Positions 62,411 through 64,000 of a DNA stretch of 64,000 nucleotides are shown here, piece by piece; the first letter of the stretch is position 1, and every line of letters starts with the position of its first letter. The notes beneath the pieces are model-generated. The model worked only from the letters and a program-made list of their open reading frames with translations, did no database searches and was not told the DNA's origin. The stretch spans positions 3,410,001 to 3,474,000 of the forward strand of contig NC_092680.1 in assembly GCF_964355755.1 (NCBI RefSeq), read 5' to 3'. Origin of the DNA: Antedon mediterranea. Taxonomy: Eukaryota; Animalia; Echinodermata. Position numbers and translations under genes: made by a program.

Positions 62411-63809
62411 GCATATAACCATATAACTACATAACGCTGTGGTGTGTGTCACACATTGTGGCTTCTTAATTAAACAAATTAATTAACAAAAAATTAAAAA
62501 TCCGGCTCTATAGCTTTGAGGACATGTCCCTGTAGTATGTTAATGCCAAATCCCAGCTCAATACTATAACGAATAAGGGAGGAGTAGTACTTTAAAAATC
62601 GCACTTTTTACTCAATAGTGTCTAGATGGAGGAAGAGGAGAAAATGAGTAAGTCCTAGACTCGGGTACCCCGAGTAAAAATTGTAATAGAAGCATGTGCA
62701 TTTCGTGGTAGGCTATACCATTATCAGAAATTGAAACATTAGTAAGTCTGAATTTTAATTTTGTGTAACTATTATTTAAGTACTTTTTTGGATAAAGATT
62801 TTTGACAAAAGCGCGTTCAATTTAGGATTGTTTTGTTATATTCTACGTATAGTCCTATTTCTGTATCAGATTACCATTACCATATTAACTACAGGCAATG
62901 TGTATATTTTCTTTCTGTTTGGTTATTTTTTATTTTACCTTGGCACATATTCGACCATAGGCCTAAATTAGATATTTAAAACAGTAGATACTTGAAATGA
63001 GAAAACATATCAGTGTGATAGTCTAATGATACGATTACTGTCTGTAGCCAAGCTTTTGTTACTCGTCATTATCATGATAAATACATTGCTTTTGTAACGA
63101 AAGTACTAATTGATTAATTAGTTACGGTAATCCCGGGGTTAATCCGTTCTTTATTTCGCAAAAGGTGTCCAAGCTATGACTATAGCTAGGCCTAATGAAC
63201 GCACTTTGATCATGGAGAACCACCGGGAGAAACACACTTTGATCTACCGGTTTCTAGTCGCATACAACCACCCCACAAAGGTAGCAACACGCTTCGAACT
63301 CTCGAGATCGGCATGTGGTCATTTACATAGGCCAGCCACGATAACAAAAACTTCATGTTGTGATGACGTAACAACAGTGTACGCATGTCAGACACGCGTC
63401 TTATTTTAAGTGCTATAATTATTTTTTTCTTTCAAATCTTTTAAAATCCTGACGTTTAATTTGTTTCCAAATTACCCTGCCCTTGAAACCGTGAACGATT
63501 GTCGTCTTTGTGATTAAAATCCGAATAATATAAACTAATTATCTGTTTCTACGTCGTATTCAAAAGTATCCTATGATTACGATTTTTTCAAGAATGAAAC
63601 CGTAGGTCAGTAATCGTCGCAGGCGAGAAAATAGCGTGCAGCGCGCGCTAAGCGTGTCCCGGACATCAGACTGCCCATCCTAATCCGATAATCTGTATTG
63701 GTCAATCTGTGCGCTATAAGATTTGACAAGAAAATGGACAAAGGTTAGTTATTATGAGACATAGAACTGATTTTGAATGAAAAGTAGTGTTTTATAGGCC
63801 TACTTATAT

Positions 63810-63837
63810 CATGGACATCTCAACTTATTTCTCCATG
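63810..63837 (-). mobile_element. Second P-like mini-element (28 bp)
   Basis: Minus strand CATGGAGAAATAAGTTGAGATGTCCATG has the same terminus as the element at 20294. TSD no longer recognisable. Confidence 0.45.
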
Positions 63838-64000
63838 TTTGTTTTGAGCGCAATTACATGAAAGTAGGTCTCTATGGCGAGTGAACAACCATCAAACCTC
63901 CACAACATACCATGCGCGATTGAATTCAAAAGAAAAAAGTGCAATTATTAATTTGCTACCGTATTTTAACAATGGTGCATGTTCGTTCCACTTTTAACAA

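Larger units (their letters stand above)
61971..62680 (-). mobile_element. Non-autonomous Helentron-like element (HINE/DINE-1 type) containing two tRNA-Val copies
   Basis: Subterminal inverted repeats TACTCGGGGGTAC (61990) and GTACCCCGAGTA (62665). The 5' subTIR is self-complementary. The 3' subTIR is followed by hairpin GCAC-ATTC-GTGC and TTGTT. T-run flanks, no TSD. Confidence 0.7.

Overview
AT-rich (roughly 30-33% GC by eye) eukaryotic, essentially non-coding DNA. Its repeat content points to a marine invertebrate animal, plausibly an echinoderm or other deuterostome (inference only). No protein-coding gene can be supported: the ORF track consists of short chance ORFs or read-throughs of tandem repeats, and there is no CRISPR array or prokaryotic operon. 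The window is a mosaic of small mobile elements: a Kolobok-like TTAA MITE family, several TWA-flanked PIF/Harbinger-like MITE families, Tc1/mariner-like MITEs, Helentron-associated (HINE/DINE-1-like) elements, Deu-domain and tRNA-derived SINE relics, 5'-truncated CR1/L2-group LINE ends and many minisatellites. Between them lies unique sequence rich in transcription-factor motifs, plus a few candidate micro-exons. Most notable: (1) a ~705-bp HINE-like element carrying two decayed tRNA-Val(AAC) copies; (2) short palindromic insertions at TA sites (TAGGCCTA, TACCGGTA, TACTGTA) that look like transposon excision footprints, with TAGGCCTA almost confined to the CpG-rich right part of the window; (3) a tandem array of a ~70-bp candidate minimal Helentron; (4) a 23-bp P-element-like palindrome with a 7-bp target duplication; (5) a 78-bp minisatellite derived from a SINE core; (6) a 1.4-kb polyadenylated retrocopy nested in a MITE. 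All counts and alignments were made by eye.
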